In this document: in pieces, positions 12,500 to 24,114 of the stretch | Layout of the letters: each line of letters begins with the position of its first letter | How positions within the stretch are numbered: position 1 is the first letter of the stretch | NCBI RefSeq assembly: GCF_006345805.1 | Contig: NC_042999.1 | Span: forward strand, 52,762,001-52,826,000 | Direction: 5' to 3' | DNA: 64,000 nucleotides | Source of the DNA: Octopus sinensis | Lineage: Eukaryota | The notes under the pieces: generated by a model | Told to the model about the DNA's origin: nothing | Database searches by the model: none | Seen by the model: only the letters and a program-made list of their open reading frames with translations | Position numbers and translations under genes: made by a program

Positions 12500-14740
12500 T
12501 TTTTGTCTTTGCACAGCTTCTAACGCTGGAGATGTACTACGGCATCAGCTGTTCACTACCAGTGAACTAAAGTAACACCCCTTATAGTTCGAACAACGTC
12601 TGGAGTATTCGAGCAGTTCCAAGCAGTGCTGTTTTCTGCAAGTGTTCAACCCTTATTGCAGCCCCAATTTCTTCCATGTATTTCTCAAGATTTTTACTCA
12701 CTGTTCCCAAGGCTCCGATAATTATTGGTACTACTACCTCCTTTTTCAGAGACTACAACTGCTTAACCTCCCAAGCTAACCTATCATATGTGTCAACCTT
12801 TCTTTCTTCCGTATCGCATACCTGGTTGTCAGCTGGGTATGCTATATATATGATCCAGCATCTTTTGCTTTCTTCCTCAATTAAGACTATGTCTGGTTTC
12901 CTATTCTCTATCTCACAGATTAGAGCCTTTGCTTCCGGTTTTAAACTACCTTCTGTCACCCATAACCATTTTTTTCTCTCCTATCTTCAACATACTTATG
13001 AAATCGTCCATACATTCTGTTCTTTATCCACATATTTTCAGTTTCATTCATTCTCAAGTGCTTGTACAGTGCTTTTTCTTTGCAATCTTTCATCCTACAA
13101 AAGCGTAACCTTCTTACTTCCAATAATATCAGTCGACATATTTTACATACCATGCTATGTTGTTTTCTTCTGCTCTAATGCTGTGTTCGCATCCAATAAG
13201 TCCTCTTTCCCCTCTTTTCCTTGGTACATGCAGTCTGTCTGTGTCATTTTTTGGGTGGAGTGACCCATATCTAGTTAGCAACTTCCTTCTCTTTCTGTCC
13301 AAGTTGTTTAGTTCATCTACTGTCCATGTAATTGCCCCTGCTCCATATCTAAGTAATGGAACCGCACAGGTATTGATAGCTTCAATCTTATTCTGTGTCT
13401 TTAATTTCGACTTACGGATCAGTCTCAGTCTGCCCAAGTACTCCACTTTAAATTTTTCTGTCATTTCAGTCCTTATCAATATATCCATTTCCAATATCCC
13501 GTCTCTTCTATCTGATCCATAACCTCCCCAGACAGTATAATTAGCTCTTCGATACATTTGACGTTGCCTCTCTTCAAGACTAACACACCACACTTTCAAT
13601 CCAAAGTGTATTCTGATATCAGCACTGAAGGTATACACTGTATCAACGAGAGAACTGATGTGGGCTTCATCTTTAGTATAAAGTTTGAAGTCATCCATGA
13701 ATAACAACTGGTTGACTTTTCGTTGGCAGCTCTTGAGCATATACCCAGCCTTTGTTTTCCTCAGAATCAGTGGCAGTGGTATCACGCAAAGTACAAAGAT
13801 CAGTGGCGACAGGCAGTTCCCTTGAAAGATGCCCTCCAAATTTTTACTGTACCTCAACTTCTTCCATATACTGTCAGTTCCGTCCACCACTTCGCCATAC
13901 TTTTTCCAAGCAATCGCTCAGCATTCGATGCAATACCAAATAGGCTCATACACCCCATAATCCAATAATGTGCGATCATATCGTACGCCTTACGATAATA
14001 GATCCATAAGTTAGTTTTCCTCCTCTTACATTCTCTATGTACAGTTTTATCTATCAGGAGTTGATCCTTGGTACCTCTGCACTTACGCTTGTAACCCTTC
14101 CGCTCATGTGGCAGGACTCCATTTTTTCCAGATGTTCGTACGTTGACTTTGCGAGTATTCCATTCAATAACTTCCACATAAGTGGTAAACAGGATAGCGA
14201 TCTGTAATTGTCTTCCCTATGGCCTTTTTCGATGTTTTTCAAGAACCACTCTGGTGATACTTGGTCGGCATTTAACAAGATGTTGAGTTGCGCGGCTATT
14301 CGTGCATGACATTTACCAAAACTTTTGATCCAGTAGCCTTGAACTCTATCTGGATCCGGGATCTCCCAGCTACCCATTTTCTGTTGATTTCCTTCAATTC
14401 CCTAATTGAAATGATCAGTTCTACCTGTTTTGTTTCAGTTCTTGCAACTATTCAGCATCCTTCTTGTGCTCCTTGTCTTTGATCCAGATGTCCCTCCAAA
14501 AACTTTCACTTTCAATGATATCTGATATTAACTTTTTATCTGTACATCCTATATTTATTTCTTTGTAGAATCTCTTCAGATCTACTCTGAATAACCTATT
14601 CTGGTGGTAATCCTTCATTCTTTGGTCGTATCTTACCATTTTACTTTCTTTGCAACTAGGCGGTGTTTCAGTCCCTCCATTATAAATTTCAAACCCTTTC
14701 TTTCAATATTATACTTCCCTGTATTTTTGAGCATATCTGT
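12500..14740 (-). mobile_element. R4/Dong-like LINE (RT + RLE), degraded, between (TAA)n tracts
   Basis: GIFQGNCLSPLIF, LLFMDDFKLY, RKPDIVLIEE..IAYPAD..ERKVDTY. Confidence 0.88.
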
Positions 14741-14763
14741 TATTATTATTATTATTATTATTA

Positions 14764-14824
<61 letters not shown>

Positions 14825-15215
14825 TATTGCCTTTCCACAGCTTCTAACGCTAGAGTTGTACTACGGTGTCAGCTGTTCGCTACCAGTGAACTATGGTAAC
14901 ACCCCTTATTTTTCCAGGACCATCAGAAGTATTCGAGCAGTTCCATGCAGTGCTGTTTTCTGCAAGTGCTCCACTCTTATTGCAGTTCCTATTTGCTCCA
15001 CGTACTTCTCGAGATTTTTGCTCACTCTTCCCCAGGTTCCGATAATTATTGGTACTACTGCTACCTTTTTCATCGACCACAACTGCTTAACCTCTCAAGC
15101 TAACCTGTCATATCTCTCGACTTTTCTTTCCTCCTTATCGTATACCTTGTATTCAGCTGGGCATGCTATATCTATGATCCAGTATTGTTTCCTTTTTTTC
15201 TCAATTAACACTATT
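14825..15215 (-). mobile_element. R4/Dong-like LINE 3' fragment between (TAA)n tracts
   Basis: Near-copy of 12500-12900; (TTA)n at 14740-14825 and 15228-15300. Confidence 0.85.
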
Positions 15216-15245
15216 CGTTTGCTTTCTTTATTACTATTATTATTA

Positions 15246-15277
<32 letters not shown>

Positions 15278-16552
15278 GTTGTTGTTGTTGTTGTTGTTGT
15301 TGTGTTGTTGTTGTCATCATTACTATTAGCATTTAACCCTCTGTTTTCGGAAGATTTATAAAATCTAGTATCACATCATTCGATGAGTGTGTTTTTGTTT
15401 AGGTGTGTGGAAATTGTCGTTTCGTGGTGGAGGCGTGACATACATCTGTTTTGCTTTGTCGTAAAGTTCCTTACGTTGTTGCTGGCGTTATTTTTTTATT
15501 TGTCGTGTAGCAAAGTGTAAGAGAGTTTCGTGATTCTGTTTCGTGTGTTCTCAATGAGTCATGTTGTGTGCTGGAGTTTCTGTTGATAATTGTGTAGCAC
15601 ACGTGCTGCATGTGTATTTTGTTGGTAACTTCTGTGGTACGAGTTACGTCTGTTGCCAATTTCACGGCCTCTAAGTCTAGTATGTATGGGTGGGGGAAGA
15701 TAGCTAGAAACCAGAAGAGAATGCACTCAGCAGAGTGGACTCGATTAAAACACCTAAGACTCACTTGCTGTTAAGTGAGCTAAACGATAAATTGAAGGAA
15801 AACAATATTTGATCTTAAATTGCTGAGAAGCTAAACGTACCCCACAAGACATTTCAGCCATTTTTGTGTCGGTTGTATTGTATTACTTATTGGCAATTAT
15901 GCCGTTATATTAGCAGAATATAAGCTAATTTGATATGATAATCTTATGCGTGTAATAACGTCCACTGTCGTTGTACAGCTGCTGATGTGAAGCAATCAGT
16001 TTCGTTCCAGCCTAAAAGATTAAACATTTTCTGTATCTGATTGATATTCGTCCTCTGAATTGCAATACCCGCTGCATTTTGCCATTCGTAACGCTTAATA
16101 CTTATCAAGATTGTCAAATTTCTTCCCCACCCACCGTTCTATATCATGCCATTGGAACTTTGTTGCAAAGGTTTTAGATGTTGGAAAGTGCTCAAACTTA
16201 GAAATGGGGAGCCCGTCTATATATGCCAACACTGTTACAGTTATGGTTTTGGATATATTGAAAATCGAGGTGTTCGCTGGCAACATTCTGAGAGAGTAGC
16301 ACTAGTGCTTGCTTTTACAGGGAAACTCCGATGATATTTGGCCCAGTCACCGTCAAAGGCAAGTCTAGACAGAACAGTGGCACCACACGCTAGGTCGGAG
16401 GTCTGTTTATAGCGGTTGGAGTCTGATTACGACTAAACCTCTAAATGATTAAAAGATGCCTAGAGTTTGACTCGGTTATCAATTAAAAATATATGAATTA
16501 TAAACACAATTACGAGGCATTTAATATTAAATGAAATCTTAAGATTACTTAC

Positions 16553-16638
16553 TGGGAGCAAATTCAAATGGTATTTCAGCATTGGGCCATCGCTCTGATG
16601 AAGGAACAGCGCTTCTTCTATATCTTCCATTGTCAAAC
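16553..16638 (-). CDS. Astacin exon 4 (furin site and start of mature domain)
   Basis: ttctag|G TTT GAC ... CCC A|gtaagt; FDNGRYRR-SAVPSSERWPNAEIPFEFAP: RxRR furin site and the astacin WP-x3-IP[FY] motif; phase 2 in, phase 1 out. Confidence 0.9.
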
Positions 16639-16925
16639 CTAGAATAAAAATTGAATCTACCCGAAAATCCTCATTCGGCGGTAAATTACATGGAAAACCA
16701 AAAAGTCTTGGGTGCATTATTGGAACTTGATAAAGAATAACAAAATAACAAAATTTGTTTTAATGCTTCATGTTTGAGCAAAACATTGTAGATTATCGTT
16801 GTTATGATGCACAAGTAACTCGTGTGAAGGATAAAACTGACATACAGTTCACCAGATGTAGTCGCCAGATGTATTCATAGATTAGACAGACAGACAGATA
16901 GATAGATTGATAGGTAGATAGATAG

Positions 16926-16977
<52 letters not shown>

Positions 16978-17003
16978 ATAGATAGAGAGATTGGGAGAGA
17001 GAG

Positions 17004-17038
<35 letters not shown>

Positions 17039-17639
17039 TTTGAGAGAAAAGACAGCTATATAATCTGACTCGGTTCCATGCCTTAACAATGAAAGTTTAA
17101 AATAATCACTGCAGTTTGAATCTACGTCAACATTGGTTCCAGCCATATAATCGTATAATTTTGAAGAGAATTGAGGGCGCGGGTGACAAGAGACCACGAA
17201 ATATTAAGAAGCAGAGACCACTAACCAAGCAAGAGGGAAGAAATACAAGGCAATTTAGCCAGGGTTGGAATGTGTTTGTGGGCGACTTTGTGCCAGTCTG
17301 TATTCTTTGGAATACAGTTTAAGGTGTCTGTGTCAGTAGCAACAGTAGCAGCAACCGCAGCAGCCCTCTCTCAAATGTGAAAGAATATTTTGTTTTGGAG
17401 TTCTTCTGATCTATTGAATTACATAGCTCTGAAGTGGGAGGACATTCCTTAGGATTTGTTCTTTGATCTATTTCAGAGCCATCCAGTAATTTCGAGCGAA
17501 CTTTGTCTTGGATCCACTTTATCACATGACTAATAAGACTAACCTAAATACACACAGACAGACACACACACACATAAAGGTATGTGTGTATATATATATA
17601 TATATATGCATGCATATATATGTGTGTATATGTGTGTGC

Positions 17640-17675
<36 letters not shown>

Positions 17676-17677
<2 letters not shown>

Positions 17678-18033
17678 CTTTACTACCCACAAGGTAGAGG
17701 GAACAAACAAGGACAGACATAGGTATTAAGTCGATTACATCGACCCCAGTGCGTAACAGGTACTTAATTTATCGACCCCGAAAGGATGAAAGGCAAAGTC
17801 GACCTCAGCGAATTTGAACTCACAACGGAACGAGAGACGAAATACCTATTTCTTTATTACCCACAAGGGGCTACACACAGAGGGGACAAACAAGGACAGA
17901 CATAGGTATTAAGTCGATTACATCGACCCCAGTGCGTAACTGGTACTTTATTTATCGACCCCGAGAGGATGAAAGGCAAAGTCGACCGCTGAGCATTTCG
18001 CCCGGCGCGCTAACGTTTCTGCCAGCTCGCCGT
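17676..18033 (-). mobile_element. SINE family 2, tandem partial dimer
   Basis: Reverse complement of the 9490 family. Confidence 0.85.
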
Positions 18034-18038
18034 CTATA

Positions 18039-18967
18039 CAGTGGTAGGGGGATAAATATTCGTACATGTCAAAATTCTTTATTTATTTACTTTCTAATGA
18101 ACATAAATGGGATATACCAATACTATATTTGCATACAGATGCATAAACTAAGAATATGAAAAAGAAAGTAATAAATTATAGTAACTAAGGAATTTATATG
18201 CAATCATTTATGGGTGAAAAAAGTATTCGGACAGAATAGTGTTAAACTATGAACAATCAGCAATGAACTTCATAGGAATGAACTGAAGTCACGCTCTCCT
18301 AGAAAAACTCCGCTGTTGACTAAAAGGCATAGAGATGCCCGTTTAAAATTTGTTTATAAACATAAAGATAAACCTGATATATCCTGGGAAAATGTTCTAT
18401 GGACAGACGAGTCGAAAATTGAATTGTTTGGAAGAAATTGTTTACAACAGGATAACGACCCTAAGCAAACGGCGAAGTCTACCAAAAAATGGATTGTCGA
18501 TCACAATATAAAATTATCAGAATAGCCAAGCCAGTTACCTGAATTGAACTCCATTGAAAATTTTTGGCGTTAATTGAAAATTAAAATTCATTCAAGAGCC
18601 CCAACGTACATTGCAGTTTTGAAGAAAATTTGTCAGGAAGAATGGGAAAAAATTCCTAAAGAAACATGCGAGTCATTGCTTAAGAACTACAAGAAGAGAT
18701 TGGTTGAAGTGGAACTGAATAATGGTTATGCTATGAAGTATTAAATCAGAATTATCAGTAATTTATGTTCTGTACAAATACTTTTTTCACCCCTAAATAT
18801 TTATAATTGTATATAAATTCCTTAGTAAATATAATTTATTAGTTTCTTTTGCATATTCTTAGTTTATGCATGTGTATGCAAATATAGTATTGGTATATCC
18901 CATTTATGTTCATGAGAAATTAGATAAATAAAGGATTTTGACGAATATTTATTCCCCCCCCCCGCTG
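18039..18967 (+). mobile_element. Tc1-like DNA transposon, internally deleted, long (~190 bp) TIRs
   Basis: TA|CAGTG...CGCTG|TA ends; VLWTDESKIELFG, QQDNDPK, PELNSIEN (DD34E-type motifs). Confidence 0.88.
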
Positions 18968-18974
18968 TATATAT

Positions 18975-20690
18975 ATATTAAAAAAGCCAAGGAAGAAACA
19001 ATCCTGATTTCATTTGATGTAGTTAACTTATATACCAGTATACCTCATAATTATGGACTAGAGGCAATACAGTTCTGGCTGGACCAATTTCCGGAAGAAA
19101 TACCAAAAAGGATCAGTAAAGAATTCATTACTAAATCAATTGAATTCATCCTACACAATAACCACTTCATGTTTGACAATACATTTTACCGTCAAAAATT
19201 CGGAATTGCTATGGGTACAAGGGCAGCACCAGTCATTGCGAACCTAACAATGGGCTACATGGAAATAATCATTTACCAGGAATCTTTATCAATCTTTGGA
19301 AACCCCCTTTCTCAATACGTAAAAGAGAATTGGAAACGATTCCTAGACGATTGTTTTATACTCTGGAATGAAAACACAGATAAACTCCTAAAATTTAAAA
19401 ACCTATTGAACAGCATAAACCCAAATATACAGTTCACAATGGAATACAACCAAAAGGAGCTCCCGTTCTTGGATATACTAATTAAAAAAATTAACCTTAA
19501 AATAGAAACAGACATTTTTCACAAAGCCACAGACGCCAAACAATAGCTTCTTTTTAATTCATGCCACCCAAGACACACTAAAACAAACATCCCCTTCAAC
19601 CTTCCAAGAAGGATATGCACAATAGTGTCAGAACAAAATACCAGGAACTTTAGACTGCAAGAACTCAAAAACACCCTAATTGACAGACATTACCCGGCTC
19701 AACTCATAGAGGATGGGATCAGACGTGCAACAGAAATCAACATAGAAACTTTAAGAAAAGTTCAACACAACAACACACCTTCCCCGAAAATACTACCTTA
19801 CATATCTACATACAACCCCAGAAACAAAGAAGCCTTCACCATCATCACCCAGAATTAAAGGAAATTCTAAACATACACCAAATCATTAAAAGCTACAAAC
19901 AACCCAAATCACTTAAAAAGTTTCTCACAAAGGCAAAATTGTCTTCTGAAATTACGGATGCAAAAGTAAAAAAATGTGGTAGATCGAACTGTGCTACATG
20001 TCCAAACCTGCTAGAAGGATCAGAATTCCTCTTTAAAGAGGGACAGAAATTCAAGATCAAATCTAACTTTACTTGTGCCTCTGAAAACATAATTTATGTC
20101 ATAAAATGCTCGGGCTGCCACCAAGACTACGTGGGATCCACGGGACTATCACTCAGACGTAGATGCACACTGCATCGACAACAGATTGCATTCCCAGAAT
20201 ACAGAATGATACCTTTTAGTGAGCACATTGAGAAATGCGCAAAGCAACTACTACCACAATTCTTAATCTTTCCATTTTACCAATGTGGTATCGGATCATC
20301 AACACAAATTAGACTAAACACGGAAACATTCTTCATTGAAAAGTACAAGCCCAGACTTAACCATCCCAACATACTGATACAGAGAAATTCACACCAAGGG
20401 AAACGAAAAAATTTTTAAGCGATTATCTCCCTTTCACCGGAAGAAATCACTCAATACCTCCCCTTATTTAGAACTCTTTTGAACATAAACATAACGATAA
20501 CTCTATTCAACATAAACATAACGTCGTAAGAAATTTGAAAAGCTAAATGCGAAACCGGTCTTTCTTCAAAACTATGTCATTATAGACAAAAAATTTTTTT
20601 ATTCTTCAGACAATTGACGCAAATATATATTTCTAACATTAAGCCTTCTGTAGTTTTTTCACTTTTTTCTATTTTCTATATATATATATA
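18975..20690 (+). mobile_element. Penelope-like element A (5'-truncated; RT + GIY-YIG)
   Basis: SFDVVNLYTSIP, GIAMGT, RFLDDCF, LPFLD; CGRSNCATC, NIIYVIKCSGC..YVG; flanked by TA repeats. Confidence 0.93.
20528..20566 (+). ncRNA. Minimal type I hammerhead ribozyme (U3-A8 core) in the PLE A 3' end
   Basis: aagaaa-t-TTGAAAA-gc taaat gc-GAAA-CCGG-TC-tttctt; palindromic ACCGGT stem III; GUC site. Confidence 0.7.
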
Positions 20691-20790
20691 TATATATATA
20701 GTAAGAAAAATTTTTTTAAAAATGCAGAATGCTCAAATGAAAGAAAATTTTAATAAAATGAGAAAAATGAAAAATATATAAATATATATT

Positions 20791-20831
20791 TATTCAACCG
20801 GTTTTCGTCATTGTATGACTTGTCAAGAATA
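20791..20831 (-). ncRNA. Minimal hammerhead motif (U3-A8) in the inverted pLTR of PLE B
   Basis: Reverse complement of 26992-27032. Confidence 0.6.
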
Positions 20832-22627
20832 TTTATGTTTTAAGAAGTTATTTTAAAAATTAGAAAGGGGAAAAAAAGAAGAATTGCATTGTTTTTTGTA
20901 AAAGAATAATGATAAAAATGTACAAAAATTAAAAAATAAGTTCTCCGATACATTGTGAGTTCGTTGTGTATCTTGAGTTTTATGGTTGTTTACCAAAACA
21001 TTACCTTGAGGTGTTAAGATCCAAAGGGATTAAGAGCATGTGATGTGTTGTGTTGTTAAATTCAGCATGTTGCAGGACAGGAAGTAGTAGTAATTGTGGT
21101 CCTGGTTCTTCAGTTCCTGTGTGTGGGTAAGGGGAGACAACTCTTTTGAGTTCTTCAATAAAACCCAAATTATTAAAACTATTTTTAGCTTCATTTGCAT
21201 TATCTTTTTTATATAATGCTTGTTAACTTAACTTTCAGATTTTAACACTTTATTTATATTATTTTCTAAAATATAAATCTGCATAGACAATTGCATTTCA
21301 AATTGTCATATCATTTATAATAAAAATGATAGTAATAACAACAATAGTAAAAATGATATTTTAAGAATATAAGTTTTAGCTTGAAGTGATGAATGCATGG
21401 TATCTTTATATATTTGTGTTAGTCCATCCATGAAGAGTGAGGTAGAGAAAGGAAGTTTGATCAACGAGGAGTTTGCATATTAAGTTGTGTTTGGAATTTT
21501 TCAATAAAGAGATTCTCCTTGTTAATTCTCTCCTGTGTGGTGATCCCGTCTTTACATTGGTAGAAGGGGAATATATAGAATTTGGGGTGTTTAAGTCTTT
21601 AGCACATGAGTCTAAGTGGTCACTCAGTGGAATTTGTCGGTATTCCGGGAGATTTATTTGTTCTTATGCACCGTTACTCGTTTACGTAACGGGAGACGTT
21701 TGTCCAATAATTATGTTGGCAACCAGCGCATGTGAGAAGGTAGATAAGGTTCTCGGAGGAACAGGAGAAGTTAGTCTTGATTTTAAACTTCGTACCTTGT
21801 TTGAAGGTAAATTCAGAGCCTTCAAGTAGAAAGGGGCAGGTACCACAGTTTGAGCGTGCACATTTTTTTACTCTTGGGGGTGGATGTGGTGTGTGAAGTT
21901 TGGCATTTGTCAAGAGTTTTTTTAAAGATTTGTGTTGCCTTTTGCATTTGAGGATTTTGTGTGTATTTATACAACGTCAATATCCCTCCACCCTTATAGA
22001 GTATGGAATAAAACGCGCCAAAGAACTAGACAACACTACACTGAAAACCACCCAACCTAACACCACACACAACCTCAAAATACTTCCATACATTTCCACC
22101 CACAACCCCAAAAATATCGAAGCATACACCACAATCATACAAAACCTCAGTCTACTGTCAACAGACCCAAAAATGAAAAACATTATAAATACACACAAAA
22201 TCCTCAAATGCAAAAGGCAACACAAATCTTTAAAAAAACTCTTGACAAATGCCAAACTTCACACACCACATCCACCCAAGAGTAAAAAAAATGTGCACGC
22301 TCAAACTGTGGTACCTGCCCCTTTCTACTTGAAGGCTCTGATTTACCTTCAAACAAGGTACGAAGTTTAAAATCAAGACTAACTTCTCCTGTTCCTCCGA
22401 GAACCTTATCTACGTTCTCACATGCGCTGGTTGCCAACATAATTATGTTGGACAAACGAGTCTCCCGTTACGTAAACGAGTAACGGTGCATAAGAACAAA
22501 TAATTTTCTTTCATTTGAGCATTCTGCATTTTAAAAAAATTTTTCCTTACTTATCATTTCTCCACGTGCGGTCAACACAACCCCACCATTTATTGATCTG
22601 TACCCTCTACCACACGTGTGATTCAGA

Positions 22628-24114
22628 ATGCCTCCGAAAAACAAGAGCACTTTACAGAGACAGTCACCAATAAGACCATTCTAAAAGAACTCAAAGTACT
22701 CAATAGACATCTACTTACATTCTCCAAAAAAATTGACGAACTTCTCCTTCAATCCCGGGACAACTCAGAAAACAACCATCATCACAACTTTCGGATATAA
22801 AATTGATGTAAACCTAAACGAAATCAACACTACACTGAAAAACTCTACTTTCGGATAAGATAGATGTAAACCTAAATGAAATCAACACTACACTGAAAAA
22901 TCTACTTACCAATTCAACGCCAAAGAGACCTCAGACACCACTCAACACACAGAAGGAAACATTTCAACCCCAGCACAACGCATTAAAAACCAGATCATCA
23001 CTACTTGACTAAGAAACTACACAACAGAAAACTTCTCTTCTGGAACATGCTCAAAAACCAAAACAAAGCTGAAATTTACGACAAATGGTTAAACTCCTCC
23101 CCTATCATACTACCCCGAAAATTCCAAATCAAACACATCCCAGACGAACCTGAAAAACAACGCTCCCTAAGAGAAAAACTAACGTTGGAAAAAATGAAAA
23201 CCGAAGTAGAACTTCTAAAACTCAGAGCACAAAACCACGAACAAAAATACACAAAAATAGACGATGAGATACTTCTAGAACTAACCTCACACACAACGAA
23301 CAGCCCCTCGAACTTGTTATTAAACTATGGAAAGATGAATGTGAAAAGGAAGAACGAACCTCCCTCAAACGCTGGGAAAACAACAAAGATTTCTTCCTCA
23401 ACTATGAAACACAATTCATATTAAACCATAAATCCAAAAACCCATCATAAAAGTACCCACAACACAGACTTCCACTGTACCCATAAACACCATTCCAAAC
23501 CGCACCTCAAATACACATACTCTCCAAACTCCCTCCTAACAGGACACAACCTCCCCCAACCATATAAAAAACCTTTTCCCCCCCGAAACATCTCAAACAA
23601 GACCCATCACAAAACCTGGTTTTCCAATCACTCTAACAACCCTCCCCCACCGATTAGAACCTTCAAGAACCTCCCATACACTAGAAATTATCCCCCCCTC
23701 AAGGCTCCCCTCCCTCACACTAATAACAAACAAGGCATCCTACCCACACCGATACATATAAGACCCACCCAACGAACCCCCTATAGTCCACCCATCCAAC
23801 AACCACATTCCTACCACATCCTACAGATCTCCAAACCCTCACATCCCACACGAACCCAATCACCACAACTACATACCCCCTACATCCCCCCATACAATCT
23901 ACCAGTCACACACCCACAAACCCATCGCATTTCTCACAAATCCTTACACCATCGCATCCCATACCAACACAAATACGACAACTACCTACCCCCCTCCAAC
24001 CTCCCCACCCAAAAACACTCCTACACATACAACCAGAACTTTAACAAAGAATACACCCCTTACCTCAACAACCATTTTTTAGACAGAGGGGAAAAATACA
24101 AACACCACCGCTAA
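22628..24114 (+). pseudogene. PLE B ORF1 (coiled-coil-like region plus Pro/His/Thr-rich tail), frameshifted
   Basis: ATG at 22628 just after the pLTR; ORF pieces 22618-22800 and 23005-23424 (LREKLTLEKMKTEVELLKLRAQNHEQKY); ends NNHFLDRGEKYKHHR* at 24114. Confidence 0.65.

Noticed and set aside
16460-16717. ORF-track protein MHPRLFGFP...
   Set aside because: Wrong frame; the real astacin exon (16553-16638) is read in another frame.
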